A program made the position numbers and the translations under genes. Source: Lama glama (taxonomy: Eukaryota). From it: a stretch of 64,000 bases of DNA. Positions 37,424 through 49,378 of this stretch are shown here, one piece after another (position 1 is the stretch's first letter; every line of letters starts with the position of its first letter). The DNA is taken from contig CM052832.1 of NCBI GenBank assembly GCA_028534125.1, positions 11,844,001 to 11,908,000 on the forward strand, written 5' to 3'. The notes beneath the pieces were generated by a model. That model was not told where the DNA came from, made no database searches, and saw only the letters and a program-made list of their open reading frames with translations.

Positions 37424-38695
37424 TAGAGAATTTATGAAAGAAGTGAATGGCCCTTACTGAGCATATTTCTTTGGGAGATTTAGAATTTCTAAAGCATGTT
37501 GGTAGAGCAATGTAATGACACTATAGACATTCAAGGTCAACAGGTGTCATTTTCCATCACTGCTGCTCTCAGAAATTTCTTTGTCATGCTAAGGAGGAAT
37601 AAGAAGAGGAAATATTCTTCCAAGACTCCCATCATCCAAACTCCTGGTGCCCAACTGATAGAACTGAAGCTCTATGCAAATTACTTTCACTTATAGATTA
37701 TATTGGTACTGTCTACAGATATATACCACATCCACTAATCAAACATTGGAAAAGGAAGGAAAGTGAAAATACTGACACCACTTTTTAAATACTAAATAGT
37801 TAATATGGCCTCTAAATTTACTGACAGCTAAACTTGTATCTAAGACTACAGTAAAGGCTTTACAACACATAATCTTCATTAAGAAATCATAAAAATATTT
37901 CAAGCAATAAGTTTTTTAAAAAAACACAAATTCTCATTGCTGTAAAGACAAAGATACAACTCACAAAGCCATGCACTAAAAATAATAACTAACATATACC
38001 TTAATATCAAAGTGCCTAACTTCGAAAAACTGAAAGGAAATCTGGACCAAAAAAAAAGTGTTATAGTTAGAACTTTAGGATCTTTTTCATTACTATTGCC
38101 CAGATTACATGTAACGTAGTTTTTAAAGAGTCTTTTAAAGATAAACAAGGAAAATAATATATGGTTTTCCTCACCTTCTTGGCAAAGAATTTAAGACTAA
38201 GGAAGTGGACAGAGTACATTCCAGCCTCTGTCTGTGTCTCCAGGACATTTTGCAGCAAAGAGAAGACCACTCCCCAGGGCTAAATCTGGGTTTACAGTGG
38301 TTTTCAGTAAGAGAGTAACTGAGGTCATGTAAGTCCAAAAGATGAGAGAGAAATGTATTATAGTCTCATCCCTCCAGAATCCCTTCAGCTGGAAAAGTGA
38401 CATCTGCTCCACGGCACAACAAAAAACAAATACAATTTTTCATGTAAATTAAAAATAAACTCTAAAAATAAGCCCTTTGAGCTTCTGGTTAGTCACTGAT
38501 ATCTTTTATTGAATATGCTCATTTTTCATTTAAAAAAAGAAAGTATTTTGCGGATGAGTTAGAAAATTATTCACACTGGCAAATAGTTCTGATCAATTTG
38601 CAAGAGTAATGTATAATAAATGGTAAATATGTGAATTTCAGTATTATTGATTATATTTCAGCTTTAATAAAGTGAAATTACATATAATTACATAC

Positions 38696-38893
38696 CTCTA
38701 AACCATTTATTTTTGCCACGAAATCTAAGAAATCTGTGTCAAATTCTGTCCTTCTTGGATCCAGAATGTCATATTGCTTTTTCTTAACCCCTTGATATAT
38801 ATTTTTAAATTTTATTGCCATAATGTCTATCCCCTCTACGGTAGAATTGCTCAAGGCTGAATATGTTTGCACAACAGTTATCATTTCTGTAAT
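38696..38893 (-). CDS. DNAH8: DNAH8 exon (ITEMITVVQTYSALSNST...DFVAKINGLE)
   Basis: tttaag acceptor, GAG|gtatgt donor, 198 nt. Confidence 0.93.
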
Positions 38894-39239
38894 CTTAAAA
38901 AGAACAGTGTTATTTTACTTTAAAAATTAGAAATTAACACCCTTACCTAGAATAAGCTCTTAATGAATCATTGATTTTTTTTAAATCAATAAACAGGCCC
39001 TGAAATCATTTAGCTAAAACCAACCAGAGGAGATAAAATAGAAGATAAATCTCTGTTCCAGTTATTACTACTCTTAAGACTATTTAAGACAAAGAGGTTC
39101 TGTCATAAGCAGAGAGAATTTACAATCTTTCTCAGAATTTGATCATTTTGTCTTTCAGGAGGTGGGGGTGAGTAAAAGCCCTTGCAGATGTCTAAACAGA
39201 TTCATTCTTTTGTTCTTGAAAATTTTCTGAAAATCATTT

Positions 39240-40600
39240 CATTGGATCACTGGATTCAAAGCCCTACCATTCTTCTTGGCCCTTGCTGTAGTTCTGATAT
39301 GTTACACTAGCATAAACCCACATCTGTTTTCTCTTTGCACCCGCATTCACGTAAAGGAAAGGCCCCACAATCCTGAAGGATGACTGCAGTCACTTCTAAC
39401 CCCTAAAGGACCCTGGGAAATCCTCATAGGGAACTTTATTTCAGAAACGGCTGGCTCCATCACTCAATGTACCAAAACCACGTACCTCACCAGAAAAATC
39501 TTTCATGTCCACAGGCTAATCAGTTCCTCAATCTTCAGCACCCACTTCCCATTTTAATCCCTGATCTGGAGAACAATGCTCAAAGCTCTCCAGGGCTGGT
39601 ACATTCATCCAATGGTCAAACAGAATAAACCTGTTTTCATGGAAGTCCTCCAAATACCACACACCATGAAAACAACACTACGGGTCCCCCTAACACAGCC
39701 TGCAGAATCCACGTAAGTTCCTACACATGTCAACCAGAATGACTATTTTCAGAGTAACTGTCACTCTCATTCCTCTATTTCCGTACACTTCCCCAAACCA
39801 CTGTCATCCTAGAAGCCAACCCAAACCTGGAGGAAATAAGAACACCTGGAATTGACAGCAGGCTATATATATGCTCCATATAAAAACGAGAATATCTGGG
39901 TCTCCTAACACTCCACTCACTCTAGAAACAAAAACAAATGATCAAAACCAAGAACAAAGTTTAAAAAACAAAAACAATTATTCTAACCTGCTAAGACTCT
40001 GTCCTTTACCCCTTACATTAACACCTGGCTCCCAAAGGGATGAAATTGGGATGAAATTCCTGTCACTAACATGCCCTCTATTTTGTCCATGGGTGAATGA
40101 GGAGACATCAAGACGCAGAGACACCAGTTAAGCCCATGCTTGGCCCTTCAGACTTAGCCGGAACATCCTCCACCACCCGCCACAGAGCAGTAATATCAAA
40201 GCCAGTCATGGTCATCAATCATCACCATGCTCTTCTTGCTTGTTTGCCCTGACTGTGGCTTTTTCACCAGCTCTTTATCAACTTTTGACCCCCTCAGTAT
40301 TGACAGCCAAGTTATAGTCATTTCTTTGTGCACCAACCATGGCATCCTTTGCAGTTTTCAACTTCCTGTCTCAGTGTTACTGTGAATAAAGACCCTATAC
40401 CACTCACCAGATGCAATTCCTTCAACCTCCTCCCAGAAATACCAGTTTTCCACCTCACTTCTTCTCTCCCACAAATGTGCAGAGTGAGAAGAAAATAAAC
40501 TAAAGACAGAGCTCTGGGAAATACCAATATTCACCAAAATTTACATGGCGGAAAGAGGAAGAAGAAACAAAGTATACTGTACACAAAATTCTAGGTCTTT
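39240..40600 (+). mobile_element. Decayed Ty3/Gypsy integrase remnant (possible GPY/F and chromodomain traces)
   Basis: RPHNPEG*LQSLLTPKGPWEILIGNFISE 39360-39446, RKIFHVHRL 39492-39518, SNGQTE 39608-39625, PEHPPPP near 40160, KYTVHKIL 40570-40593. Confidence 0.72.
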
Positions 40601-41499
40601 AGGACAGAGTAACACTCAAGGCACCATCAAGTCTCCACCTACCAAAGACAGGTGCATTTCAGGCACCCTAACCCGGCACACTGGAATCTTTGTCTCTTGT
40701 TCCTTAAAGATCCTCAACATCTCTTTCTAATTCTGAGGTCTTGGCTCTCCAACCACAAGCTCAGTTGAAGAGGGGTGGTCCAACAGCGGTCCCTGCTGTG
40801 CCCCACTCATCAGGGGAAGCCCACCAAGGCAGCTCAGTAACCACATATGGAGGATTATAAAGAAATTCAGGCCCCCTTTCAGGGTAACTTTCATGCCCCA
40901 TCTTTGAGAATCTGGATATCCACTAATTACACCTGGGAGAGATGCCAGTCAGTCAAAAGATTCTTAGCACAGAGGAGTTGGGATAACTTGGTAACCAGAA
41001 TGCACTTCAAGTAACGCCTCTAGGGGGCACTGCATTAGCTCTGCTTGCTGAGCTTTGGTAGCATGAAGTTGTACCCTTAAGATGACAGGCAGCACTTCTT
41101 CAGTGGTAGGGCAGGGGGAGTAGCTAATGCAGCTGGCCATTACCACTCACTTCATCAAGCATCAGGAATGCCTGGGCTGCTCATTATGTCTAGCATTAGA
41201 CTTGCCACCAAAGATCTTTACAGCAAATGGGCTAACCATGAATGTCCAGACTTGAAACTCTACCAAGCGTAAAATTGCACCCAAGATGGCGAGGGTCCTG
41301 GTTCCTGGAAAAATTAAAGGTAACCAGGACTCACCTCCAGGTTTACATCATAGTGGTTTGAGAACTGTTAAACATCTCTGTGGAACAGGCCTTGACCAAT
41401 GGGGCTTACTTATTATTTTAACCCATGCCAGTATCATTCTAATTGGACATTTCCCCCAAGAAATCCCTACTGTTCACAAAGCAGCCTCATACAACATCT

Positions 41500-42570
41500 T
41501 CCTACATGCAGCACCAAAAGCACAAGCAACAAAGGAAAAACTTGATAAACTGGACTTTACCAAAATTAAAAACTATCATGCTTCAAAGAACACAATCAAG
41601 AAAGTGAAAAGAAAACCTACAGAAAGAGAGAAAATATTTGCAAATCACATCTGATAAGAAACTTATATCCAGAATATATAAAGAACTCTTATAACTCAAC
41701 AAAAAGTAGAAGTAATTAAATTTAAAATGTGAAAAGAATTTGATTTCTCCAAAGAAGAAATACAAATGGACAATAAGTACTTGAAAAGATGCTCAGTACC
41801 ATCAGTCATCAGGGAAACACAAATCAAAACCACAATGAGATACCATTTCACACCCACTAGGCTGGCTGAATTCAAAAAGACAGATAATAACAAGTGTTGA
41901 TAAGGATGTAGAGACATTGGAACCCTCATACATAGCTTATGAGAATGTAAAATGATGCAACTACTTTGAAAAGTAGTTTAGCACTTTCTCAAAAAAGGTA
42001 AACAAGGAGTTATTACAAGACCCAGCAATTCTACTCCTATGCATATATTCAAGAGAAATGACAACATATGTCCATACAAAAACACATACACAAATGTTCA
42101 TAGCAGCATTATTCATAATAGCCAAAAAGTAGAAAAACTCAAACGTCTATCAACTAATCAATAGATAATAAATATGGTACATCCACACAATGGCATATTT
42201 TTCAGCAATACAAAGGAATGCTACCTGACAGATGAACCTTGAAAACATTTTGCTAAGTGAAAGAAGCCAGTCACGAAAGACCATATATTATATGAATCTG
42301 CTTATGTGAAATGTCCAGAATAGGCAAGTTTATAGAAACAGAACGTAGATTAACAGTTGCTTAGGTATGGGTAGAGGGGAGAATGCAGTATCACTGCTAA
42401 TGGACACAGGGTTTCTTTTAGTGGGAATGAAAATGTTCTAAAATTAGATAGTGGTAATGGTTGCACAACCCTTTGAATATATTAGAAAACACTGACTTGT
42501 ACACTGTAAGTGAATAAATTATATGGTATGTGAATTATAGCTCAGTAAAGCTGCTAAATAAATAAACAAA
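41500..42570 (+). mobile_element. L1 3' part (L1MB-like)
   Basis: ORF2 C-terminal remnant AQATKEKLDKLDFTKIKN...KIFANHI, then a 3' UTR ending tctcagtaaagctg plus A tail. Confidence 0.9.
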
Positions 42571-42574
42571 AAAA

Positions 42575-43120
42575 CAGCCCCAAAGAAGTAAGTATGAAGG
42601 ACCACCCCATACACACACACTCAGGGATTTGGTCTCTTCATCACTCATACTTTCCTACCCTGACATGTCTAGGAAATGCCCTTCAACTTGTGTAACCCCC
42701 CCATCAATTTCCAACAAATGATGAGCAGGCTCCTAACTACTACCAGGACCTAGGGAGTTAACAGAACAGTGGGGCTGTGGGGACGGTCGCACCTAGATGA
42801 TATCTTTACAGGCTTTCCAAAGGTTGGCTCCAAGAAGCCTCTGGTGTAAGTGCCCTATTCCTCCTGAAAAAGCATCACTCCTCTCCAGTCACTCCTAATT
42901 GATGAATGAATCAAAGGTGCAGAAGTTTCTAACCCACGTCCACCTAACAGAAACATCACCTTTACAATGTCTATGTATAGACCACATCGGCTAGCCAGGA
43001 ACGACAAGGTGCCCACATGTCCAGATAGGACACAACTACCAGGTTCTGCCAGGAATCACAGATACGTCAGCTCACACCTTTTCTCAGCCTGATACAACAG
43101 TTAAGAGCAGAGTCTTTAAG
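42575..43120 (+). mobile_element. Decayed Ty3/Gypsy reverse transcriptase remnant
   Basis: MPFNLCNPPINFQQMMSRLL 42676-42735 (cf. MPFGLxNAPATFQRxM), HLDDIF 42790-42807 (cf. YLDDIL), then FQRLAPRSLWCKC. Confidence 0.72.
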
Positions 43121-43381
43121 TTCAAGCTCCAAGGTGGAAGTAGAATTGAGGTCTCAGGAGAAGTGAAAGTGTGCAAGAGCTTTTGTGAGACTGGCAGAAG
43201 ACAGTAATCAGAAATGAAAAAAGTTACAATAAAATGCAGTGACCTGTGAGCAATATTGGATGAGATGAATAAATGGTGACACAAGAGATTTGACACAGTA
43301 ATTCTCAATGGCACTACATGAAGCATGAAATAACTGGAAAGGTGTGGTTGGTGGTGGGAACTGTGGCTGCACAATGCCTAC

Positions 43382-43528
43382 CTTCTCCAGTCTTTTGCAG
43401 AAAGCCTCAAATTTTCCAAATATATACATTTCTGAAACCTCAAAGGATTTCTCCCCCGAAGATTCTAAAATCTGTTTCCTTGTTTTGTGAAAAGATGTCT
43501 GGTATTCCTTGAATAGAAAAATGCAGTC
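43382..43528 (-). CDS. DNAH8: DNAH8 exon (DCIFLFKEYQTSFHKTRKQ...MYIFGKFEAFCKRLEK)
   Basis: catag acceptor, AAG|gtaggc donor, 147 nt. Confidence 0.93.
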
Positions 43529-44204
43529 CTATGAGAGAATTAAAAGGGGGATAATATGTAGTGAGACATTTGTTCAGAAGTGAAAAATTCAAAGATTCTA
43601 TTCTCACACAGAACTGATCACATCAGCCCCTCAAAAGGGGCTGCTGCTATTAACATTAAAAATGCAAGGTCTCTGCCTACATAAAGGCCTGTGAAAATCA
43701 ATAGAGTTTTTAAAATTTTTACAACGTGCTTTCATCTTCTTCTTTCCCATTATTTCCTCTTAACTCTTATCCTTATCAAAGTATGACATACACTATTTGT
43801 TGTCACATTTTCATGGCTAATTAGAGCTCCCAAGAGACCAAACATTATCCACCAATTCTGTCCTCTATTATCAATTATCTATCTACTTGGCTGGCATCTT
43901 TTAATCATCATTATTTACATACAGGTATAAAAAGCATTAAGTCTCTATAATACTAATTTATCATCCAACTGTCATTTTTCTACAAGGAAATCATAGTCTT
44001 TGATGAGTGCATTGATGAAATTCTCATATTTGACTACAGCTATACCACTGGCTAGTAAACCTATAAGAGTTTAAAAAAAAAAAAAGGACATTGTCACTAG
44101 GCCCCAGTAGGAATTCACTGTCATGTGAGGCTAACCAAACCATCAAAAAAAAAATGTTAAACTTTTTCAAAGCCACCAATGGTCAGTCAAATTTTAACAT
44201 AATG

Positions 44205-44400
44205 CCAGCTCCCTGTTTCTGATTCTTTATCTCCCTTTTCACTATGTAAGGATCTTTGTGATTACAATGGGCCCAGTTGGATAATTCAGGATAATCTCTC
44301 CAACCCAAGGTCAGTTAATTAGCAACCTTCATTCCCCCTGACATTTAATAGAACATATTTATAAGTTCCGAGATTGGGATGTGGATATTTTTACTCTTCC
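44205..44400 (-). mobile_element. MLT1 LTR fragment
   Basis: taaggatctttgtgattacaatgggccc...ggataattcaggataatctctcc. Confidence 0.65.
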
Positions 44401-45219
44401 TACCTCAGCCACTAAATCAGAATTTCTATGGGTGAGTTTCAGGAATCCATGTTTTTAACATGTTCCCCAGATGATTCCTATAAACATTCAAGTTTATATA
44501 ACTAGTCTCATTCCTACTTCTAACTATGACCCATCTTCCCTTCTCTATCTCAGTCTCCAAAACAACATCATCACTCTCTTTGAGGTCGCTGATCGTTTTT
44601 CACTTATTCAACAAAAGTTTATCAGTGCCTAGAATGTGTTAGGAACTCGTTGAGATGCTAGGAATACAAATAAGATCCCTGCCCTCATGGAATGTGCCAT
44701 CTAATAGGAATTACTTCATATTAATTCCTCTTTGCCAACCAATTCTTCATATTAGACAGATAAGGCCCTGAATAACAATTCTTCTCATTGCTTTCTCCAG
44801 CTCATCTGAAAATTACTCCTAAAAATTATACAACAAAAGTTTCCTTAAAAATATTCAGATGTAATAGAAATTGGGTTAAACTAGAACACAGAAAACCAAG
44901 CTTCCACTTCTAACTCAGTAAGTAAATGGCTAGTGACTTGAAGGATATTAAAAGAACCATGAGAATAAATTGTTCAGTTCTATGTAAAGAGTTCTGGTTC
45001 TTGCCAACTAGTGAATTTTGGGGGAATGATTTCTGACTCCCACTCCCAAAATTAACCCGGGAGAAACAAGAGAGGGAAACATGGAATCCAGCAAATAACA
45101 ATAACAACAACAACAGAAGTGATAAACTCCTGGGAGGATGGTGGGTTGTTCTGAATCTGAGGATGAAGTGAGCAAGAATTATTAAGGAAACAGAGAGAAA
45201 AGATAAGTACTAGTAACAA

Positions 45220-46370
45220 ATAAGGGGATATATTACATAATAAGGCAAAGATTAGTTAGAGAATATTATCAACATTATGCCAATAAATTACAAATTTTAG
45301 ACAAATTGAAGAAACCCCTCAAAAATAAAAACTTACCAAAACTGACTCAAGATGAAATAGAAAGAACAGTCAAATAATTAGTTTTTTTTAATGAAGCAAT
45401 AATACGTATTTCTGAAACATATGTATAAGGGATTAATATCTAGAATATATGAAGAACTCCAACAACCCAACAAAAGTAAAACAAACAACCCAAAAATGAG
45501 TGCAGGATTTGAATAGACATTTCTCCAAAGAAGATATATAAATAGCCAATAAGCACATGAAAAAGATGCTCAACCATCAATAGCCATCAGGGAAATGCAA
45601 ATCAAAACACAATGAGATATCACATCACATGCACTAGGATAGCTATTATCTAAAAAAAGAGAGGGAGAGAGAGAGAAAATAAAAAGCATTAGCGCAGATG
45701 TAGAGAAACTGGATTTCTCGGGCATTGCTGGTGAAAATGTGGAATAGAACAGCTGCTATGGAAAAGAGCTTGGCAGTTCCTCAAAAAGTTAAGTGAAGAA
45801 TTACCATATGATTCCACTTCTACACATACACCCAAAATAACTGAAAGCATAGACTCAAAGAGATCATTGCACAGCTATGTTCATGGCAACATTATTCACA
45901 ATAGTCAAAAAGTGGTCACAAGGAGAAAGGTCCCCCTTCAAAAACTCCTAAAGGAAATTGTAGCAAAGTGAATTTATGAATTTTTTGAAAAGGCTAATTA
46001 CACTATGACTAAGTTGAGTTTATCCTAGGGATATCAGAATAGTTTCATTTTAGAAAACCTAAAAATGTCATCTATTACAATAGCAGATTGAGGAGGAAAA
46101 TCTTATAAGCTCTTCAATAAATATGTGCAGAAAAAAATTTTTTCAAAACCTGTTCATAACTTTTAATAGTATCTTCTAGTACTAAAACTAGGAATAAAAC
46201 TTCCTTAAATCTAATCAATGATGTATTAAAGCATCAGAATAAATGGGGAAATGTTAGAAGCATTTTATTCCCAAAGAAGATCAGAATCTGATGCCAACTA
46301 TCACCAGGTCTATTTAAGGATGTACAGCAGTCCTAGTCAATGCAGAAAGGCAAGGAAATGAAATTAACAC
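45220..46370 (+). mobile_element. Composite L1: old L1ME-like ORF2 interrupted by a truncated L1MB-like piece (about 45415-45917)
   Basis: L1 signatures ttaccaaaactgactcaag, gacatttctccaaagaagatata, cagggaaatgcaaatcaaaac, gactaagttgagtttatcctaggg. Confidence 0.75.
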
Positions 46371-46652
46371 GGGCTGGAGTAAGAGGTGGGGGCCAGAGTC
46401 TATGCAATAGCACATAAGAGGTGTCCGGTATACACAGCCATGGGGAAGATGAGGATTAAATTGTGCCCTAAAAGGAGCACTAAATACAAAGGGAAGTAGA
46501 TAATTTTAGTGAAGTTCTTTTTTAACAGTCTCATACTACTATGTACAATGTTTTTTTTCAGAGTTAACATGCTTTGCCAGTGAAGAAAGTAAACAAAACT
46601 GGGTCAGATGATAAAAGCTTTACTTTACGAAAATAAAAATACTTATACAAAC

Positions 46653-46754
46653 CTGAATTTTCTTTAGTACAACTGGTGTTTCCTGATCCCATACATGGTT
46701 AGTTCCTCCATCAGTAATATATGCTTTACACGCTGTCACCATTTGATTTGTTAC
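46653..46754 (-). CDS. DNAH8: DNAH8 exon (VTNQMVTACKAYITDGGTNHVWDQETPVVLKKIQ)
   Basis: ttttag acceptor, CAG|gtttgt donor, 102 nt. Confidence 0.93.
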
Positions 46755-48290
46755 CTAAAATAAATAGAACTCCAAAATAACTATAGGTAAAGAAAGAAAT
46801 AAAATTTAAGTTTTTTAAAACAAGCATAAAAATAAGATAAATAGCAAACTTATAGAATGAATTAATCACAGAATATAAAAAACAAAGAAATATACATTCA
46901 GCCAAAACAAAGAAAACCCAAAATCACATTTACCAATTGTATTTAAGTCAATGTCATCAGGGCCATAAATTTCAAAAACAACTATATTTTCCCCTTGTCT
47001 GTTTCTCCTGTAATTAGGTCTTGATCCAATCCAAGTGTGCTTCTTCACCATCCTTCAACATGCAAACTAAATACTAAGTTAACCACCTCTCACATACTCT
47101 AAAATAGTGAAGGGAAAAAAAAGCAAGATAGCCATTTAAATGGTCAGGAGGTTAGATCAAGATGACAGGCTGACACACAGAAATTTTAGAGGATTCCTAA
47201 AATATGGAAAGTACATGGGATCAAACCTACAAGGGAAAAAAAAAAAAAGACTAGAGAAAGCTAGAATCCAATTCTGGAGAAGGTTACTATGAAGGTGGAA
47301 GAGTTGTGGGAAATTTTCAAGATGGGAGACAAGTGAGGTGACCCTTAGTTGTAATCCAGCACAATTGTACAGCAGGCAACAGTGACCTGTGCTGAAAGGC
47401 CAAAGCTATGAGTGTGAACCACAGTCTTGGAGAGGTGTGGCCCAGGCAGATACTGCACACTCAATAGGACATCTCAGAGAGGAAGCTATTCACACTCCTC
47501 TCCCAATGGTAAGTTGTGCCACTTACTCACAAGGGACAGACTACAATAAACAACAGGGAGGCAAACTGGCAGTTGCAAACACAAAGATGGACAGATAACC
47601 AAGAGCCAACAAGCAACTGAAGAAAACAAACATGGTAACAGAAGCATTACATTCAACAGAGAGAGGAAATACAGAAAAGATATATGTAAAATCTTTTAAA
47701 ATATCTTTTATTAACTAAATTATTCAAGAGAAAGATAGGAGAGGATTTTATATCACAAAAAGAAAACAACTAGAGAATTTGGAAATTGAAATTTTTATTG
47801 ATGAACTGACCAGAAATTGCGACATAAATGAAGAGCCAAAGAGTGAGCTGAAAGGTCAAAGGACAAAGATGAACTGAAAAAAAAATAGTTAAGGAAAATG
47901 GAATTTAGATTCAAAGAGAGAGAATAAATTGAATAGGTGGATAAGAAATAATCAGAGGTAAAGAAAATTTCCCAGGAATGAAGAGAGATGAAAGTCTTTA
48001 GAATGAAACAACCAAGAAATTATAGAGTAAGACAAATGTAAAACAACGAAAAAGAAAACCAAAAAAAAAACCACCACATCACTTCGAAATTTTAGAAGTT
48101 TAAGAATAATGAAAAAAAAATCCTAAAAGCTTCCTGGGAGAATAAAATAGGTTTCCTACAAAGGAAAGACAATCAGATTAGCATCAAATTTCTTAATCAA
48201 CAATAGTGAATGGTAGACAACTGTATCTTCAAAGTTCCAGGAAAAAATTCTATTGAACTTAAGAATCTCAGTCAAACTATTTGAATGTCA

Positions 48291-48427
48291 TTTTTTATTT
48301 AATTGTTTTATCTTGGCATGGTTGGGGGAGGTAATTAGGTACTTATTTTTAGAGGAGGTACTGGGGATTGAACCTAGGACCTCATGCATGCTAAGCATGT
48401 GCTCTACCACTTGAGCTATACCCTCCC
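48291..48427 (-). mobile_element. tRNA-derived SINE (camelid-type), inserted in an old L1/HAL1-like region
   Basis: Reverse complement reads gggagggtatagctcaagtggtagagcacatgcttagcatgcatgaggtcctaggttcaatccccagtacctcc; same family as 24126-24295. Confidence 0.85.
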
Positions 48428-49270
48428 TCCAAACTAATATTTGAGTAGTAGGACAAAATGAAACTATTTTCAGACATGCAGGAATTCTGGAAGTTCACTA
48501 TAGAGACTCTAAAAGAACTACTTGAGAATTTTTTCAGCAGAAGAAATAATAAATCCAAGACAGAGGAAGATGTGGCAGTCACAAAACAGAGGTGATCAAA
48601 GAAACTAGCAATACTTAGATTTTCATCTGAATATTTGTTGATTCATAATGTTGAAAAAAATAGTAACAATAATACGGTACTAGAAAACTCAATGTGGGAC
48701 ACACAGCAAGAAGAAGGGAAATGAGTGACAGGGAAGACTCCTAAGGTTTTTGCCTTGTTTAGGATATAGATAATTATTAAATCTATCCTTTGATTAAAAA
48801 AAAAAGGTTTAAATGTGACTTATGTTCTGCTTGAATCATTTACCAAGAAACTCTATTCATGTGTTTCTTGGATGATTTTTCCAATTATTTAAAATAATTA
48901 ATTGGATGGCACTACATGGGAAGATTTTACATAAACTATAGCACAAATAGAGTGGTTAAAGAAGCACTATTAATAGTGGACACAATTCTCAGCGCTTGAA
49001 CAAAATTATTTGGAATGAATAAATTAGAAAATCACCAGCTACATTTAAACAAAAAACTGGGGGCTTACATCTGACAAGGAGAAAGGTCCCCCCCTTCAAC
49101 TAAGTACAGCTGACTCCAGTCAACACCTTTCTTTTCTTGTCCACATGGGATGAAAATCCAGAACTCTGAGGGGCACCCAAACTTCCCATTTCCCCTCCCT
49201 GGCTCAGAGGGAAAGGAATGTTAACTTTCTCACAGGGTCATGTGTGTGACTTCTTCCCTTAGAAACTTAC

Positions 49271-49378
49271 CTTGATAAACAATGAGGTCATTCTCTTTGA
49301 AGTATTATAATACCTTGACACACTGTGAATCATTCTGATGGCATTAATCAAGTTTTGTATTCCATGTGCCATGGAAAC
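49271..49378 (-). CDS. DNAH8: DNAH8 exon ([36 protein letters not shown])
   Basis: ttttag acceptor, AAG|gtaagt donor, 108 nt. Confidence 0.93.
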
